Shown here one piece after another: positions 60,002 to 64,000 of a DNA stretch of 64,000 bases (the first letter of the stretch is position 1; the number at the start of each line of letters is the position of its first letter). The stretch is from Podarcis filfolensis (lineage: Eukaryota). The notes beneath the pieces were generated by a model, which saw only the letters and a list, made by a program, of their open reading frames with translations, searched no databases and was not told where the DNA came from. Position numbers and translations under genes: made by a program. The stretch is taken from assembly GCA_964270895.1 (NCBI GenBank), contig OZ185435.1; one strand, written 5' to 3'.

Positions 60002-62755
60002 AGGGTACCTGATATTCAGAGAAAGAGCCAGAAGGAGCAAGAATGGCTGTGCAATCCCTTCTGTCTGTATGAGTGAGAGAAGGTTGTGTAGTCTGCTTTC
60101 TCTTGGGTTTGATCTTTGCATAACATGGGCAAATGCTTTCGAGGAAAATATTATTCAACCTATTTATTTCCTCCATCACACAATGCATATAATATGTAAC
60201 TTAACTCCCTTTCTTGAGGTGCCTGCACTGTGCTTAGGTTACTTCATGCTTCTGATAGTGCCACAGTTGCAGTCTGCATTGTGTTGACCTGTGGTGGTCT
60301 GATACCACATACAGGTCGCATTGCTTGCTGGCTGAGGACTTATGAACACATAGAATAGCAGCAAAACTGAAGTGAACTTAACATTTTATGTGGGCTCCAC
60401 TCTTTGATGCACCAGACCTTTTCCATTGGCCCATTGTGCCATGTTGGCTTGTTATGACTGGTGTACCTGTGTGGAAGCACCAGCTGCTACTGTCATGGAC
60501 TACGGCCATCATTACATCGGAGCCCAATACCACTAATCCATCTTCAACTGCCATCGTGTCATCAAAGCAGCTAAGCCAATGGCATCCATAGTAAGGTCAA
60601 AGTCCAGACCACCTGTGACATGAGACCAGGCTAGGGAGCGGAGTGCAATTATGGACAAAGAACACAATTAAGCAGCTTTTATTAAAACATATGAGATTAT
60701 ACACTTCTGAAGGATACTTTGTTGGCACAAACTGGTTGTGCATTTTGGGGACCATGTGACTGACAATGCTCCTTGAATCAGTAGTAATCATTATGTTCAT
60801 TTTCTCCACATACACTGTATTGCTTGCACATTCTTTTGCTTCATTTTTACCACACCCTTTTCCTAATTACATGAATATTAGAAAACCTCATGTCCTTGGA
60901 CATATGTCATTTGCTTCATTTCATTGTCAAAGCTACCTTAAATCAAGCTAAGAGTACATTTTGTTCAACAACATTCTTGAGGATAAAGCTGCCAGAACTA
61001 TATCCGCTTTGTGAACACACTTTCTGCTGTTAAATGTACAGGAGATTCAAGATCAAAATCAACAGCTCCTAGTCTATGCATAATTGCACACACACTTTTC
61101 TAAAGTCTACATATTTTAAATATCTAAAGTCCAGGCAACTCTTTTGAAACACCCCGTAAGCACAAAACAGTATAGATAAGTGCATCTTTTAATTGTTCCT
61201 TTGTGTACAAAAGTCATTACAATATGATGCTAACTGCAAAAAAAAACTACAGTATAAATATGAAACATATCTGACTGCTAATGGTAAGCAGCAACTGTCC
61301 CTTGGCAACCACAACTGAAGAAACAGAAATAGCCTGTTGCCCCTCCAGAAGTTGTTGGACTCCCTATCCCATAAACCCCAGCCAGCCTTGGTCAGAGATG
61401 ATGGCAATTGTAGTTCAACACATTTAGAGGGCACAAAGTTGTGGAAGGCTGGCCTAATGTTCCAACCTGAACTGCCCAAATACCAGGTTTATCTATATAT
61501 AGGCACTCCACAAGCCAGTTATCCATTGCTTCACTTCCATTTGTGAAAGCACTGTGAGCTCAGAAAGCCCACATTTCAAATAAACTTGGAAGTCCAACAT
61601 TACTCTCTCTTGCACAACTGGAAGCAACACTAACAGCCTCGGCTGGTCATGGGGGCGTCTGGTATGTCCCACCAAAAATTAAATTTCAAATCTGCCATTG
61701 CAGTCAGTCTGGTGGGTGTGGTTTTGGAGACGGACCTGAGGGTGCCCTGGTATATGGGCTCATGGGGGGGGGGAATTGTTTGAAGGCCCAGATGGGGGCT
61801 AACAGGCCATAAAATTTCCCCAGTGGTGGCCAGGTGGGTCTACCCTATTTGATCTGTGTCATGGGGGCGGGGGGCTTTAACACAGGATCAACCCTAATGA
61901 GGCGATCAGTCAGACCGATTCAGGATACATACCCAGTGCCTAAGCCAAAGCCTACTAGAATCTGTAATCAATAAACTTTAGGCCATTTTTAATCCCAAGA
62001 TGTTGTCATGTCCTTTTTGGTACTCTCACACCACCAGTCCCCAGTGAACCTGGGCTCACTATGCCTGGGCTCGCAAAGAATCAAGTAGCATTGCAATTAC
62101 ATACTCCTTGTGCAAACAGGAAACAAATACTGGGTAAAATTTTTGTGTCTAATATGAGGCAATATAAAAACAAGAAGGTTTAAGTAGGATCGAATGATGG
62201 TTTTCTTTAAGCAGCAAACTAGTTAGAATATTTTTAGTGTAATTTCTCATGAATGAACTGAACAAAAAAGAAAATTCTTAGCTTGCTGTATCCTGATTTA
62301 GGTCCCGACAGATCTGTTGACTTATGGTCCTGAGATACTCAGTCATGGACTCTCCAACTGATGTGGTACATGTCCTGCCTTAAACTTCCACACAAAATCT
62401 CTTGAAATCAGCCCCACATGTTCATTTTCTTGAGAGGGAATTGATCTGGCTATTTAACATTATGCTATTTAGCTGATGAGATGGCAATAATACTTATCAC
62501 CACATAAATGTTTAGTACAGACTTAGCAAAAAAAATTGCTTGGCAGTCGTGGTCACTTGAAGTCTCAATTTCAAGAGTGGCCAAAACTTGTACACCAAGT
62601 CTCTTTCTGACTCGCATAATAATTACCCAAAACTCCAACCAATTTGACCTACTACAGAGAGCACCTCCAGGAAGTTGGACAAAAATTAAAACCACCACCC
62701 AAGCATAATCTAATAAGGTATCGTCTGAAATACTCTGTCCAGTTATGGTCATCTG

Positions 62756-62954
62756 CAGGGGTGTAGAATGGGGGGACTGAGGGGGGCCATTGCCCCAGGC
62801 ACAGTTTTTTGGGGAGCACACCAAGGTGCCCTGCCCCATCGTGAACTGTTGTGTCCTTCTCAATGCCGCCCAGCGCTGCTTTGGCCCATGGTCCCGCCAG
62901 CCCCCATAGTGTGCCATGCCGCCCTGGGCTCTGGCAGGGAATGCTCTGCTACTG
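62756..62954. mobile_element. Degraded hAT-like MITE
   Basis: Ends CAGGGGTGTAG / CTCTGCTACTG, 8-bp flanks GTCATCTG/TTCATATG (6/8). Confidence 0.5.
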
Positions 62955-63924
62955 TTCATATGTGTTCGAGAAAGCTGAAGTTAAACTTTTTTTAAAAAAA
63001 GTCACGGGCTGAAAGAACCTATCTTATCAGCAGGCTGAAATGATTTGGCTGTTTTTTTTATGGTGGGAAAACATTGCCAGATATATGACTAAATCATGAC
63101 ATTCTGCAAAAAACTAATTTGGGTGAGGTGAATTCAGGTTAAGGAAAGCTAACGGTACAAGGACTAATCAACAACTAAATGGAGGCTAAATAGTTGGAGA
63201 GATAAAATTCTAGAATAGTTATAAGAATGAAAGAATAAGAATAAAAGAAACTTACAGAGTTAAAAAAATACTGGCAGTGTTCTAGGAGAGAATACACACC
63301 CCAACGATTCCTCAACCTTCTAGTATAAGGAATCCCAAATTCAAAAATGATTTTTTAAATATGAGAATGACTGACTATGTACACACTATCACAAACTTTT
63401 ACCATGTAAAAGAAACAAGTATAATATGAGATAAGCAGAACTTTTTTGGAAGGCGAGGGGAGAGAATGAGAAGAAATGAGAAGAACTACTGTAATTTACA
63501 GGAGCTTTCTAAGAATGCCTTTTGTAAAAGGAGGCCCTACAAAATGGAATGAAAACTTTCCTACCACGTTCACACATATCTCATAGTGTGGTCGTCTGAC
63601 AGCTACACTGTCGTAATTTTAGACAGTTGAACCTCTGCTCTAGGGTTTACACAAGATCAAGTACTTGTCACTCTCAGAGCAGGTATAGTGAGACAGAGTG
63701 GGCAAACAGTCCATTTTTCTTTATAATTACACTCCATTAACCTTCTACATGAGAGCTCCCCTGTGCTTTCATACCAACAACACCAACTCTCCACATCTGA
63801 TAAGTCTTTACGGAGTCTACAAGACCAGTAAGTGTAACAACAAAAACCAAAGCACTTTAATATTTCAGACTTAAGCACAAGCCAAACAAAGTTCTTTTAC
63901 TTAACAATAAATATATTGATAAAT

Positions 63925-63960
63925 TATTTATTATTATTTATTGTTGCTGCTGCTGCTGCT

Positions 63961-63990
<30 letters not shown>
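63925..63990. repeat. Compound trinucleotide microsatellite (TTA)n-(TGC)n-(ATC)10
   Basis: Direct reading. Confidence 0.9.
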
Positions 63991-63991
<1 letters not shown>

Positions 63992-64000
63992 GGCAAGCCC

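Noticed and set aside
57217-64000. N-terminal PHF21A exons (MELQTLQEAL..., NADLKKQLHE...)
   Set aside because: Not found; this intron is very long in mammals, so they probably lie beyond 64000

Overview
Vertebrate genomic DNA, almost certainly a squamate reptile (lizard; lacertid-like by repeat content, which is inference). The window holds two convergent protein-coding genes. (1) LARGE2 (GYLTL1B, xylosyl-/glucuronyltransferase) on +: 14 coding exons from 8667 to 19793 that I could splice by hand into a 2223-nt, 740-aa ORF. Two of its introns need non-canonical GC donors, and a short uORF precedes the start. (2) The 3' part of PHF21A (BHC80) on -: 12 constitutive exons plus a mutually exclusive pair (164-nt AT-hook exon and 23-nt ANEEHWPK microexon, only 52 nt apart), from 57216 down to the stop at 29506. 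It has a probable ~6-kb 3'UTR with proximal and distal poly(A) signals; its N-terminal exons lie beyond the window. The rest is intronic/intergenic: TA-flanked Tc1/mariner-superfamily MITEs (one family carries a variable, modular array of GC-rich hairpins), hAT-like palindromic MITEs, CR1, L2 and Bov-B-type fragments, microsatellites and two ~150-N gaps. Most ORFs in the supplied track are spurious or partial exon read-throughs. No rRNA, tRNA gene or CRISPR array is seen. All alignments and counts were done by eye, with no database search.
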